Shown: positions 1 to 13,242 of the stretch, piece after piece
Layout: the number at the start of each line of letters is the position of its first letter
Position numbering within the stretch: the stretch's first letter is position 1
Source of the DNA: Curvularia clavata
Lineage: Eukaryota
Direction: 5' to 3'
NCBI GenBank assembly: GCA_023920165.1
Contig: CP089280.1
Span: 1,736,001-1,800,000 of the forward strand
Length of the DNA: 64,000 bases
Translations under genes and position numbers: made by a program
Notes under the pieces: generated by a model
Databases searched by the model: none
What the model saw: the letters and a program-made list of their open reading frames with translations, nothing else
Told to the model about the DNA's origin: nothing

Positions 1-421
1 GACAGACTGGGTCACGTAATACACGTCAAGGACGAGTTTCAGGCCATTATCAAACAACGCAACATTGGCGTCGAGCTATGTCTCAGCTGCAACGTCCATG
101 CCAAGATGATCACGGGCACCTACTCGGATCACCACTTTGGAATGTGGAGACATAGCACGGTTCCCGTCGCCTTGGCCGTATGTTTTGCTCTCTCGTCTGG
201 TGTGACGCCGGTGGTAACTGATGTGTTTGCAGACTGATAATACTGGCGTCTTTTGCAGTCCGCTGTCAAACGAGTATTACCTCGCAGCGACGCACTTTGA
301 CCTCGACCGTCGTGAAATCAGAGAGCTATGTGAGCGAGCAGTCGACTCAATCTTCTCTGGCCCAGACGAACAGGCCCGTCTCAAGCATATCTATGCAACC
401 TGGGACGGATGGGATGCGTGA
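1..421 (+). CDS. Adenosine deaminase-like protein (ADAL/metallo-hydrolase), 3' part
   Basis: Frame from base 1 reads DRLGHVIHV...IGVELCLSCNVHAK...HHFGMW...VALA; intron 178-232 (GTATGT...CAG); last exon TDNTGVFCSPLSNEY...WDA*. RxGH, ELCLSxN and TDxxGVF are ADA-family motifs. Confidence 0.85.
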
Positions 422-1381
422 AGACAACGAGTTACCAGTGGCCCGCCTTTCCTAGTAAATGGCCATGCTCTCTTTGGATAGTAGACGTGTTATGAACTGC
501 ACAACAATAATCCCAAAGTCTTGCTGTAACACCTTGATTGATCTATAAGGACTTACCAGCTCAGCAATGGATCACCATCTATAGTCGTCAGCAATGCGTG
601 CTGCCCTCTGCGTGCAAATACAACTAGGAGGTCTTCCAATCCTGAAATTTGTCCATCGTATCTCGATAAATAAACGCACCGTAATGCATCTGGCAATTGT
701 ACTTGACAGCCGCCAGGACTAATGAACAAATGCTGATGCTTGGCAGAGAGGCCGTTAAGCTATCACAACGCCCTGCTCTCCGCAGCAGATCCCGGCCACT
801 GGGCGACAAAGAAGCGATAGAATTAATGCACGCTGACTACCGCATCCACAAGACTCCACCGTCCTGTGCCATGCGCGGATCGGCCCTCCTCTTCTCTAGC
901 GCGCCCGTATTCTCGCTTCTCTTTCAGCTACACGTGACTACCTCTAGATTCTGCGCTTGCGCTCAGTGAACCGTCTCCATACTAACCCCTGAGTAGTGTC
1001 GACGGACGTGGTACCAAATCCGCAATCCAGGAACCAAAGATGTACATGACCCATTCGAGTATGGATGTACTACACACAATGATGAAACGCGCAACTCTTT
1101 GCATTAGCTGCTTCCAAACATCGACTTTCTATTTAAAAAACCATTCGCACGGTTTGGCCATACTATAGCGTCACGTTCAAACATGTTTCAAAGGTTCCCA
1201 TGATGACTGACTTGCAGTCATCCCCAAGCCGGGGAAAATCGTAAATATCGCCAGATACTGAGCCCATAACCCACTACAACAGCCTAAACGGCCGATTTTC
1301 GGGCGCACTACCACTAAGCGCGTCAAGAAAAATTTGCCTTGTGCGCCCAGGCCCGAGGTAAGGCCAGGTCGCTTATTCCGA

Positions 1382-1452
1382 TTATCAGATGCAATAAAGT
1401 GTGGCGATTGGTATCATAGCTTCACATCTGATAATCGTAGGTTTTATCAGAT
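1382..1452. promoter_or_regulatory. Three perfect ATCTGATAA boxes (SreA/Sre1-type iron-responsive GATA motif)
   Basis: TTATCAGAT at 1382-1390, ATCTGATAA at 1426-1434, TTATCAGAT at 1444-1452, all within ~105 bp of the MFS ATG at 1486. Confidence 0.65.
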
Positions 1453-1485
1453 TGATAGCGATTAGCTGGTTCACCACTCCCAAAC

Positions 1486-3513
1486 ATGGGTGTCTTGGGG
1501 TGTGAGTTGTATTCAGCGTGAGGTACATGCAATTCGGGCATTTATACTGATCAGTTTGTGCAGCGTCAAGATCCAGCAGCAACAATGCAAACAAAGCCAT
1601 GGAGAGGAAGCTCATCATGAAGCTAGGTATGTGACCAATGTTACCATTAAAACGCAATAATATTTATTTGCTTTATTTAGACATCTTCATCATGGTTGGT
1701 TGACCTGTAGACTTATGTCCTCTTCATAGCTGAGCCCCATTGTTAGGTGTATTGCTGTGCCTGTTACTTCTTCAACTATCTCGGTAAGCACCTCCACTGT
1801 GTGGGCTCTAGCCACACTATTCTAACCAAGACAGATCGTCAGGCGTTTGCAAATGCATACGTCGCTGGCCTTCGCGAGGACCTGAATCTTAAAAAGAATG
1901 AATACAGTTATCTGCTGTCGTTGTTTACAGCTGGGTACGTATTCCTCGACAATGATTTATTTGGTACCCTCAACTGACTTCATGTTCCTAGCCTTGTCGT
2001 AGGCGCAATCCCTCATGGCCTCATCCTCCAGAAGGTCCGTCCGGGAATCTGGCTTCCTCTTACTCTGATTCTTTGGTCTGGTCTTACCATGTGTTCTGCG
2101 GCGTGCAAGAACTACACTCAGCTGTGTGCGGTCCGCTTCCTCCAAGGGCTAATGGAGGCTAGCTTGTACAGCGGCTCCATGTACGTCATGGGATCTTGGT
2201 AGTAAGTTCATGTTCCTGTCTTGCAAAGACTGCTTTCTTCGACATAAGGCTTACCATTTTCCTTAGCACACCATCGGAGATTGCCAAACGAGCAGCCATC
2301 TTCACTGCCGTGGGACAGGCCGGAAGTATGTTTGCAGGCCTCATGATGACGGCTATGCACAAGACCATGAATGGTACCGCCGGCCTCAGGGGATGGCAAT
2401 GGGTGTTCATAATCGGTGCGTATACCAGTATCGTTCTATCAAGATATCTTACTAACGCATGATAGATGGTCTGATGGGAATGCCGATCGGACTTTTCGGA
2501 TTCGTAGGTCTCTACTATTTGAGTGTTTTTTTGTTCTTAAATTCTAACAAGCAGCGACAGTTCACATTCCCCGACCTCCCAGCATCAGCCAAGGTATTCT
2601 ACCTGAGCGAAGAGGAGAAGCAATTCGCGGCATCTCGTCTGCCACCCAAGAAGGCGAATACGCATAGCATCAGCCCAAAGAGTCTTGCTAAGCGCGTACT
2701 TACAAAACCTACCATGTAAGCAAGCATCCAGACCTGACTCTTGCGACTTTTCTGACCACATTCAGATACATCTTCACATGGTTCTCCATCGCTTCCGGTA
2801 TGCTTGAAGCTTTTGCCTTCCAGGTACTTTCTCCTCCTCACCCTTTTACTCCTTAACTGACCATCAACTCAGGGCATGTTCCTCCTCTGGCTCAAGTACA
2901 ACTCTTCCCGCTTCTCACAAACAGCTATCAACACGTACCCACTCGGCACTCAAGCCGTAGCCATCGTATCCCAGATCACTGCCGGCTTCATTATCGACCG
3001 CACCGGTCAGCGTCTCCCAATGGTCATTGTCGCTGCCTGCCTGCAACTCATCACCGCCTCCCTGCTACTTGTGCGCAACCTCTCCGACGCAGGTGTTTTC
3101 GCCGCATACTACATCTCGGGCAGCAGCTTCATAGTTAATCCAGTCATGTACGGATGGGCAAACGCAATCTGCCAGCGCACTGGCGACGACGCTGCCAGAA
3201 GCATGGTGCTCTATGTCATGAATATGGGCGGTCAGATCTTATATACCTGGTGGGGCATCGTCATGTATCCTGCAACCGATGCCCCGTACTGGAAGAAGGG
3301 TAGCATCACCATGATTGTCGTGTGCTTTGTCTTCGTTGCGTCGGCGCTCGTTGTCACTTGGGTAAGTCGAGTCCCATGTATCCTGATGTTGGATTTTCCC
3401 TGGGAAACTAATGCTTTGAGCAGCTTGATCGGAAAACAGCGGTGGTTGGTGGAGATAACGAGTCGGGAGATAGTGCATCTGAGACGGTGGAGGAGAGGCC
3501 GAAGGTGGGGTAG
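1486..3513 (+). CDS. MFS transporter, anion:cation symporter family (pantothenate/allantoate permease-like, Fen2/Liz1/Seo1 group), multi-exon
   Basis: Spliced product MGVLGSSRSS...ERKLIMKLD-IFIM-VYCCACYFFNYL-DRQAFANAYVAGLREDL...EIAKRAAIF...GLRGWQWVFII-DGL...DDAARSMVLYVMN...PATDAPYWKKG...; about 11 short GT-AG introns; last exon LDRKT...PKVG* ends at 3513. Confidence 0.85.
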
Positions 3514-3626
3514 AAAGAGGAAGTAATGTTTGTTGGGATAAACGCTTGAATGGCTTTGATGAATGTCGGGATACTGAATGATATAGTTTGTAGACTTGCT
3601 AGTGATTAGTCTATTAGTTCATGTCC

Positions 3627-3804
3627 ATCAAACTCATCAAGCCTATATCCAGACTTTTTGCCCATCAATCGAAATTCCAATTTTATCAATCCAACCTTGA
3701 ATTTCGTGATTTTCCATCACCTCAATCTAGCCTCAGCGGATTGAATTGACTTTGTGAAATTGGTAGCCGATTGATAGCAGACTGACGGGCTTGATGATCT
3801 TGAT
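3627..3804. repeat. Degenerate nested inverted repeat (hairpin or MITE-like relic)
   Basis: Nested complementary arms: 3627-3643/3788-3804 (15/17), 3664-3671/3768-3775, 3677-3683/3757-3763, 3686-3692/3738-3744. Confidence 0.5.
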
Positions 3805-5533
3805 ATTACTTCGATGTTGGCTTGACGTTAGATTGATAACAGAGTGATAGAATTGACTGGGTCGGTTGATTCTGGGTAAGTAGTAGAAAGATGAAAGGAT
3901 ATTTTACTCGTACAGAGTACGTGGCCTACGCTATACTTCACCGTATCTGCTCTTTGCTCTCTCGCTCAATACCTCGTGGTTCCTGAGAATGAAAGCCTTT
4001 TCCTCATTACACACGTTGTCTCGGTATTAGAAGAATGTTTCATGCACCTGTAAGAAATGGAAATCAGGGGGTTCATCTTTTCCCCTTGGGTTTCTTAACT
4101 TTCTGTGTTAGGGAAAAAATGGCGAATTTGCGTCCACTGGTGGTTGTTGATCAATGCTATGCATGCGTGAGAAATTTTTACATAACGGAATATAGAAAGA
4201 CTAAAACAAAATATCAGGTTTCGCTGCGTCAGCTCGGCAGAACAGACACCTTTTCAGCGTTGGCATGGCAAAAGGAACCAAACGCGCCAGGATGTAATAT
4301 AACGCCCGAACCATAAATTATTCCTCCGATGTCTACTTTTGAGATATGAAAGAACGTTCCTGACTTGGAGATGAGAAACGAACGCTAACAACGTTCTAGC
4401 GTAATTTTTACACGACACTGAGAATCATAACAATGCTAGTTACGTAGTCAGTTGAATATGAATGCAACAATTTGGAAATCAAAGCCACAAACGCTGTAAA
4501 AATAGCAAACATATAGAACTCAACACGACGGCCCGTACGAACATAGTACTCTCCGACACTTCTGGCGGTGTCCGAACCGAATCAAGAAAGATACTCTCTC
4601 TGCAAATCCAAAAGCCCATCTTCCCAAGACAAGAGGAAAAAGAAAAACCTCATCCGCCACGCTACGCCAACAGCGCCATATGTACGTACATTACAGTACC
4701 GCACGTTCCAGGCCCTTGTTTCCACAGCACACCGCAACTAAGCCTGTCAGGGGACAGCCAATCCCCATCGCAACCATTTAGCAGCTTGTCCGGTGAATAG
4801 AGAACACCAACTCAATTCAACACAACTCTCTTTTCATCTTAGCTGAACCACGTCATGCTCGCTTCCCCGCACTCTGGGTCTTTGGGGTAAAAGGGTGAGA
4901 AAAAGAACGAAAAAGCATGGGTGTAATTGGGATCAATGGCCAATAGCCACATCCACTCGCGCGTGATATTTGTGCACTTGCTCAACGACAAGGACGACGA
5001 TGAGGATGAGAACAAGGGGAGAAGATCAGAAGGCTACGAAGGATACCAATTTGGAACATCCATAGCTTCCCATGTGGAGGTGGATCATCCCATCTCAGCA
5101 TGCAGTGTGATGTGAATGCCAACACCACCGTCCTCTGTCTCTCTCCACTAAGAAGGCTTCTTTATTTTCCACAGCGAAAAGACCTCATCATGCCCATCAC
5201 CTCCACCGAAAAAAGACGCCGACAAACATCGTCCTCAACCTTTCTTTTTCTTTTGCAACCCTTTAGTCACTTCCGTCCTCTACCCTCTCTACCGCCTTTC
5301 CTTTTTCACTCAACGGTTGAATAACCTCGCCATGTAACATTCATTCCTATACAAAAGCGCCCTTTCTCCTCGGAACACTTTCTCCCCATCGCCAACACAT
5401 TCATTTCCTTCGCCTATAGACTTTAATATTTGCCATTCCTTACACGAGACAAAAAAGCCCTTCGCTCTCTTAGACTCTTACGCTCGCTGCCATATAAATC
5501 ACCCTAAAATAATTCCACTTCAACACCGAGAAA

Positions 5534-6578
5534 ATGAGGTCTACGCTCGCTGCAGTTAGCTTCGTCGCCGTGGCGCTTGCCCAGCAGTCAAACAGTGAGT
5601 TTTTTTCTAATCCCAGCATCGTTTCTCAAGAGACATACGGTTTTCTGATAACGGCTTCGTCTTTTAGACACCACTCCTCAGTTTAACGAGGACGTCGTTC
5701 CTTTCTTTGGTAGCTCTGGGCTCGTGGTGCCCACGACTGCTGATGGCACACCGGCTTTTCCTCCCACTACGCCTGTGGCCTCGCCTATGGCCACTCCCGC
5801 TGTCGTTACTCCTGCTGTAGTCAGCCCTGTGGCCCCCGCTGTGGTCAGCCCCGCGGCACCTGTGATGCCACCCGTTGTCGACCCCGTCGTCAGTCCTGTC
5901 GCTCCCGTAATGCCACCAGTCGTGGACCCTGTTGTTAGCCCTGTGGCGCCCCCTGTGGTGGTCGACCCGGTGCCCACTCCTGTTAAGCCCGTCGCACCCC
6001 CCGTTGTCGACCCAGTGGTCACCCCCGTCAAGCCCGTGGAGCCTCCTGTGGTCTACCCCATCGTTACACCGGTCAAGCCTGTTGAGCCTCCTGTCGTCGA
6101 CCCGGTGCCTACTCCAGTCAAGCCTGTCGTGCCCCCAGTCGTTGACCCTGTGCCCACTCCTGTCAGCCCTGTGGTCACTCCTGTCAAGCCTGTGCCCACC
6201 CCCGAGGTCCCCGAGGACAACTACGTAGTCGAGGCCGTGACGAGCCCCGTGGCCCCTCCTCCTGCCAACACTCCGGTTTACCCGGTTCCCGCCAACAACG
6301 CTACGACACACTCTTCCTCTCACTCTACTCCGGTCATCACCAAGTCGGCAACTTTGAGCTCCAAGCTTCCCAAGATCACTTTGAGCTCCAAGATTGCAAG
6401 GGTCTCTTCCAACTCCACTAAGACTTCCTCGGTTGAGGAAACCAGCACAAGCTATATGGAAGAGGAGACTGCTACAAGTGAGGCGACCGCGACTGCAACG
6501 GGTGCCGCTGCTTCTCGCATCCCAGAGGCTATTGGTATGATTGTTGGAGGTCTGATGGCTGGTTTGGCTATGCTCTAG
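5534..6578 (+). CDS. Secreted, probably GPI-anchored Pro/Val-rich cell-wall protein
   Basis: Signal peptide MRSTLAAVSFVAVALAQ; intron 5595-5667; tandem PPVVDPV(P/V)TPVKPV repeats; Ser/Thr stalk; hydrophobic C-terminus GAAASRIPEAIGMIVGGLMAGLAML. Confidence 0.85.
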
Positions 6579-6856
6579 GTGTTTATGTAGCGGTTCGCTG
6601 TTCAACCTACATGTTAGCAAAACTTAATATTAATAGACACTATCGGCACTTTAGTATTCCAGAAACTTTTCAACATGTAGTGACAACAGATATTTAAGAA
6701 CTGTTTGATGACAACAAAAAAAGGGTATAATTGTGATATACTCGTAGAAGACGACTTGGGCCTTTTTGTGGAAGCCGTCTAACGTTGCGTACTTTTGACC
6801 CATCAGACCCAACGCCTTTAAACGCCGCCATGATGCAATTGTATTCAGTCTGAGAT

Positions 6857-7619
6857 TTATTCCTCCATAGCTCCAATCTCGGTCACTGACTCTGTCGCCT
6901 TTGAATAGTAGGCCTTGAGGTCAATCTTGAAGTCGGCCATAGCCACACCGAACAACTTCAGCAGGGCAGTCTGGTGACTGTTCATAGGCTTTCCCTCCTC
7001 GGCGATGGTGTATGGCGCATCCAGGATGATCTTGCCCTTGTCGAGCCTAGTTGGCATGCCCCATTTCCTGACAGTGGTTTCCATGGTGTGCGATAGCGGT
7101 ACGTCCTCATCCTCGGGCAGCTCTCCACCTCTCGAGTAGACGACTCCAGCAGGGACCGTAAAGGTCTGTGTAGCGACTACACCGGCACGCGCAAAGTCGG
7201 TTTGCGAGTAATTGGCAAAGTACTCAATAACCTCGCTAGGATCGCGGTTTGTGAAGAAGAGACCGACATTGCCGTTGAGGTGCTCGGTGAGCTGCGAAAG
7301 GTTGCTGAGGTGCTCCTCTGCTGGTGTCTGGCCGAGCGCCTTGGCCATTACTTTGGTCTTGCCGAAGAAGAATCTGCTCGAGGTCAGTGGCCAGCGCAAA
7401 TAAGGCGGATCGCGCTCAAAAGCCATACCTGCTGTCTGCAAACTCTGCGCGCACTTCCTTGAGGTAGGAGTTGCGCATGTTTTCTACTGAGAAAACGAAG
7501 ATGTGCTCGAAGTTGTCGGCCGCTTCCTGGACATTGGCAAAGAGCTTCTGGGACAGCTCCTTACCCTTCTTGTCCGTCTTGGTAAGGTGGACGACCTTCG
7601 CGCGCTTGGATTTGGGCAT
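6857..7619 (-). CDS. MRT4: Ribosome assembly factor Mrt4 (mRNA turnover protein 4)
   Basis: MPKSKRAKVVHLTKTDKKGKE...FVFSVENMRNSYLKEVR...SRFFFGKTKVMAKALG...GNVGLFFTN...WGMPTRLDKGKI; one intron at ~7375-7428. Confidence 0.95.
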
Positions 7620-7834
7620 GTTGGCGGTGTTTGTAGGGGTCTGCGGCTTGTTGGTGATGTTCGAAAAAAGTTCGAGGGCCCGGGTCGCAACTTCCAAAAA
7701 ATGAGCGGGGAATTTTGGCGAACCACCGATTGGTCCGGGCCCTGGCTTACCTCCGCTGCGCATCTTTCCCATCACCGCAAGGCTCCAACCCTCTCAGCCC
7801 ATTGCCCTCGAAATGATTTGCCAATGACACAGAA

Positions 7835-9119
7835 ATGTTGGATTTCATGGAGAGTGTGCAGCATGCATTCTATGAGGCGTCTCACTGGAATGTAGACAAC
7901 TCATATGGCGCACTGAACGCGTCTGCGCGAGGTACGTCACATCTGATGTCGCTTTTGCAGGCTGTATACTGATCGTCGACCGTAGCATTGCTCGACTTCG
8001 ACATACCTCGAGGACTGCGCATGCAGATATCCTCTCTCGCCGCCCCAAACTTTGCCACGTCCTATACTTTGGGTAGCGTCGGTGTTGTCGATGGCTCAGT
8101 TTCCTACCTGTACTCATCGTTGCCGCTACGCAAGGAGTTCGAAACTTCCCACATCGACCTGCACAATGTCATACGAGGATACAAGCATACTAAAGAGCTG
8201 AGGAGGCCCGACGAAGAATGGTGGTGGGAGATCTGGCATGCTGGGCAACGGATAGACCGGAGGAGTAAGCTTTCTTTTTGGCTTCGTCTCACTGCAGCAC
8301 CACTAAGAATCGACAGACACTTTGTTATATGGGCGCATATTTCTTCCCCAGTCCCGGCTCGAAGCACTCTATCTGCGACGCCTTACCCCCGCTCGGCAGC
8401 TTAGGATCGCTGCCGTGAGTGATTCGAACCTTAACAATGGCGGGACGATTCTTACCCTTCTGCAAAACGACTTCGGCAAATACAGCACTGAATACATGTA
8501 CAGCACAGACTCGGCTCTAATGGGCGTTCGCGGCCTGTACAACTTCGGACCTGACCCAAGAGTGGCGCCGACGGAGCCTGTAACTGTGGAGCACTCGGAG
8601 CCTGCTTATGGTCGCTTCAGCGCAGGCGCAGAGTTGTACTATGGCATACTGAACAAGAGTGGAGGCATCAGCACGGGGTTGAGATTTGCCACATTACCCA
8701 ATCATTCGGGTTTCCCATACACTATGACGCTTACGCTGAACCCCCTGATGGGAAATATTTCTTCCACCTATGCCGTCAAGGCTGGCCAGAACCTCACCCT
8801 CTGTTCGCGTTTCGATTTCAACTTCTACTCGTACGAGAGTGAGCTACAGCTTGGGTGTGAACTGTGGCGCCTACGTAACATGAACGACATTGAATGGGCT
8901 GTGAAGAAGCTGCGCCCCGACTGGACACGCCCGACCGTTTTGCCCAAAGACGAGGTTTCTGGAGTGCTAAAGGCCAAGGTTGATCAGGATTGGCGCGTAG
9001 GGGTGCTGTGGGAGGGCAGAATCAAGGAGCTACTCTTCACCCTCGGCGCAAGCTTAGACCTGAAGAAAAGAGAACAGATATTCCGGTCTATTGGTATTGA
9101 GCTGCAGTACGCTTCCTGA
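7835..9119 (+). CDS. MDM10: Mitochondrial distribution and morphology protein 10 (ERMES/SAM beta-barrel)
   Basis: MLDFMESVQHAFYEASHWNVDNSY...LLDFDIPRGL...PNFATSY...VDGSVSYLYSS...LYGRIFLPQSRLEALYLRR...TLNPLMGNISSTY...SRFDFNFYSYESE...GIELQYAS; two introns. Confidence 0.95.
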
Positions 9120-11459
9120 GCGATGACGAGGACAGGCATTATTGATTCATTACCAGCCCGAAACAGAGCGAACACAGCGGAACCTAGCTCACAAAGCTCG
9201 CAGGAAAAGGATCTAACTAACCGGCGTACGTGAATGGGCCTTCTAGAAGCTCATTTGGGATCTAAACATGCCTAAAAAGGCTTCCAGAAGCCTACTACGT
9301 CAAGGCGGTGCACAAGCGGACGACGAAGGTCAGGGCGGGCACGACATCCATGTGATGGCGACTCATTGTCTTGTGAACACGGCAGGCACATCCCAGGCTA
9401 GGACTTGAGTAAGTGGTTACGTCTGCATTATGCCGTGTCCTGTTCCGAGCGCTGTAGCCTTGAAACAACTGTGGGATGATTCACTGCTGGCGGCATTCTT
9501 CTGGGGCCGCTTTGGCTTGTTTTTAATGCAGTCGCACGATTTGCAACATTCTGTAACACATGGCAGACTTGAAGGCTGGAGTGATGAACAGTCCAAAAAG
9601 GTACAATGTCGATGCCGGCAAGCTGGGTGGAGTTTGAGGCTTCGGGCCACGAGCGCTTCTGCAGATCTTGTCCCAAGCGCAGCCGGGACGGATCCTGAGG
9701 TTGGACAAGTTCCAGACTGCCGGCTGCTGGCTGGTGTTGTTGTCGTTGCTGCTCGCTCACCCCACGGTGCGCATACCGCCGCGCCTGGCGTAAGCCTCTC
9801 GATTCATAGGCAGGGGAGCGATGAGTACTATAGAATGACAGCTGTAGGGCGAAAAGAAGCACGATGGGCCTACTGCGTCGGCGCGTCGGATATCTACTAA
9901 AATATACGAGTTTGTCAGATCTGAATCACGCCCATTCCGTAGGGCTTGGGCCGAGTGTGTCAGGTTGCAGGCGCTCAGACGGCCTTGCCGCCGGCGGCCT
10001 TCAGGATTTTCTTGTCCTTCGGCCCAGGCAAATGATCTGCGACGAGGGCTCCCGAGTCGGTCTCGACGATGCCAGAAGAGGAGCGCAGCCAGACGGTTTG
10101 AGACATCAGACTGTTGGGCGCAGGCAGCGAGAGGATGTCAAAAGCGGAGAGGAGAGCATTCTCCAGTCGCAGACGCCACGGCTAATTTAGAACGCCCTGT
10201 CAGTGCGCGCTCTGTCGTGCCTCCCGCAGCCTCCGCGCGTGAGCGATGCCAGACCGAGAGGTGGTCCGAAAGGTTGTCGAGCACGACAGCAGTAGCGGGT
10301 TCAGGTGCCAAGCCGAGGGCGGTGGTTGTTTGGGCGAGCGATACATGAACGCGCACTCATCACCATGGCATGTTCATGCAGCCTCTCCCGTTGCGACAAG
10401 TCGGGCGATGGGTGCAGCGGCGGTCGGCGGGCGTTGCAGCAAGGCACGACGAGGCGCGTCCTATGGCAGGCCGGTCTCCTGAGCCGTGTACCTCGCGCCG
10501 TCGAACGAACCCTGGTCGGCGCGCTGAGTGGCCACGATCGCGGTGCCTGGCGGCGATGCCTCGGCTGCATATCCTGTGGGTGGTTGTGCAGTGCTAGTAG
10601 AGCTGGTCTCGGCCGCCGCCGTTGTTGCGGAAAGGCGTGGGCGGGCTGCGAGGCGGGCTGCAAGGTGCGTTCGGGGTGGAGGCGACATGGTTTGCTTCCA
10701 AGGACAGAGGCATGCTGGTGCGTCACGACTGGTCTCGCGGCGGGCGTCAAGCAGGTGGTGCCGTTGGGATAAAACAGTCTGTGGGTGGCAGGCCAGACCT
10801 TGCCGCGCCCCGTGCACGGGCCACGCTAGCCGGCGCGCACCTTCCCCCCCGGCCTCATGCCCCTTCCCTTAATCTCCCCTTTCCCAACCCACGGTCGTCG
10901 CTCATTTACACCACAGGCCCAGCTCCTACACCCGGATTTCCCCATCGTCACCTCGTTGTCGGTGTGGTTGCTCTACTACGTTCCCTTTTCCCTGTCGACT
11001 TCTGCGAAGTGCCGCCACTCCTTTCGGCCTTTGCCCACGTTCCTTTCTACCCATCCTCCTTTAGGCGCCGCCAGTCCACTCATTCCACATCCCACTCCCT
11101 TCAACTCCCTGTCGACTCAAGAATCGCTTTCGGACGATTGTCATCCCATCTGCTCCTCGGCCAGCAGCTCCATTCATACTACCCTCGTACATACATACAT
11201 ACATACATCGCGCCTGGACCGTGTCTTCCGAGTCTCATCCCCGCACAGCTGAGCCTGCTCCTGTGCTGTCGCTGAACTCGCAATCTTCAATATCTTCACC
11301 CACCATCCTGGTTTGGACCATCACTTCATCACGACACTTTACGAACATTGATAGACAAGAGGCGTCAGCTTGATTGCTCCCTCTGTATCTTTCTCCCCCC
11401 TTCATTCAACCACATCCGAGCCTTGCTTTTCGCGCTTCCATTTGCGCGTTCCAGCAGAC

Positions 11460-13242
11460 ATGCAGTCACACGACGACGCCATGGTGTCTCCCACACCCTC
11501 TCCACCAGCGCAGACTTCCACCCCTACCCAGAGCTCTGCCCCTCGCCGACCACCCCGCAAGAGCACCCTCACTCAGCAGCAAAGAAACCAGAAGAGGCAA
11601 CGGGCTACTCAAGATCAACTCGTCACCCTCGAAGTGGAATTTAACAAGAACCCTACTCCCACAGCCGCTACTCGCGAAAGGATAGCCACAGAGATCAACA
11701 TGACCGAGCGCTCAGTACAAATCTGGTTCCAGAACAGGTACGTGCAACAGGACCCTTTTCCGCACCACCCAGCACTGACATCTGCATAGGCGTGCCAAGA
11801 TTAAGAACATTGCCAAGAAGAGCATCGAGAATGGAGACGACTGCAACGACATTCCAGAGTCTATGCGAAGATATCTTGCGCTTCAGGCCATGGAGTCGGG
11901 CAAGTCGATTGGAACTAACTTTCTCGGACGCTCTGGCGGCATGCCCTACGGCAGCGGTATGCTCCTGAACACCGACGCCAACAACTCCAAGGTTGTCATT
12001 CACCACTTTGCCTGCCGCTCGCTGAGCATCGGAAGCTGGAGACGAGTTGGCCAGAGCGCCATGGACCTGGTTGTCTTTTACTCGCCCGAGAAGTGCTGCA
12101 TCACCTACTACATCAACAACGACTCAGCTGGTTACAAGATTGAGTACCCCTTTTCGTACATCAAGAACATTCAACTAGAGAATGGCGACATGACTGCAAA
12201 CGCCGAAGGGGCATCGCAACGCCCCGGAGGCCTGATTGTCGAGCTCAATCGCCCACCAAACTTCTTCATGGACTCCTCCGGTTCCGGTGGGTTCTTCCAA
12301 TGCGGTGACTTCACCGAGGACCAGCAAGCATCGAACGTTATGGTGCATCACTTGGGCGGTCACCCAAAGGTTTTGAGTGGCCAACTGGCGAAGCTCATCT
12401 CACTAGAATCGTTTCAGAACCGACACAACATGTTCGACGCCAACAGTTTTGCCGTCTCGGCACCTGTTTCGCCAATCAACCACCGCCCTTCGTCACAACC
12501 CAACCACCTTGTGCATCCGCACATGGGTGTGTTTCAAGAGACACATCTTGCGCCAGCGCCCTTCCAGCCGCGTGGTCACAAGCGTCAGCGCAGTCGTTCA
12601 GTGCCCGTTGCCATGGACTTTTCCATGCTTCGCAATCCTATGCCCTCGTTCCTGATCCAGCAAGAGCCATCGCCTTACATGCCTAGCCCAGAAATCTTTG
12701 CGCCGACACCTCAGAGTGCGGGCCCCATTGGCCCACATCTGAGCATCGACACGTCTGCTGGTTACGGCATGGACTACAGGCAATACCCCATGTCAGCTAC
12801 CACGGCCAACTCACCTTCTGAGTATGGCACACCGGCCTTCTACTCGTCGGGCCCACCAAACGAGAGCGTGCCGGCTTCCAATTACGGAGCATACAACATC
12901 CCCCCTTATGTGCACACACCCATGGGACCCCCTCCCCACTCTGCGCCTGGCCACTCGCCCATGCCAGCCATGAACCACCCTGACCCGATCATTGCCAACC
13001 AGTCACCCCCGCTGGGCTCTTACGGCCGCGACAATCACGCGGACGTATATCCCATGTCGCACGACAACGGCATGTCGGACGAGGCACTGCAGATGACGGA
13101 CATGTATGCCAAGCAAAGCCTCAACATGCCCTTCAGGTCACCGCTGCTTGACGAGAACAACGACGATTTGGATATGCAAAACCTAGTGTCTTTTGGCACA
13201 ATTGACCCATCCAGCCTGTCGCCTGAGCATCACCAGATGTAA
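11460..13242 (+). CDS. Homeodomain transcription factor, Pho2/RfeB-like
   Basis: [54 protein letters not shown] (intron 11738-11789), followed by the [11 protein letters not shown]...YKIEYPF region typical of Pho2-like proteins. Confidence 0.9.

Noticed and set aside
5664..6620. 318-aa antisense ORF over the Pro/Val repeat gene
   Set aside because: Shadow frame of a GC-rich repetitive CDS.
9400..11300. Many overlapping 100-200 aa ORFs upstream of the homeobox gene
   Set aside because: GC-rich promoter or leader DNA gives long spurious frames on both strands; no motifs or coherent splice structure.
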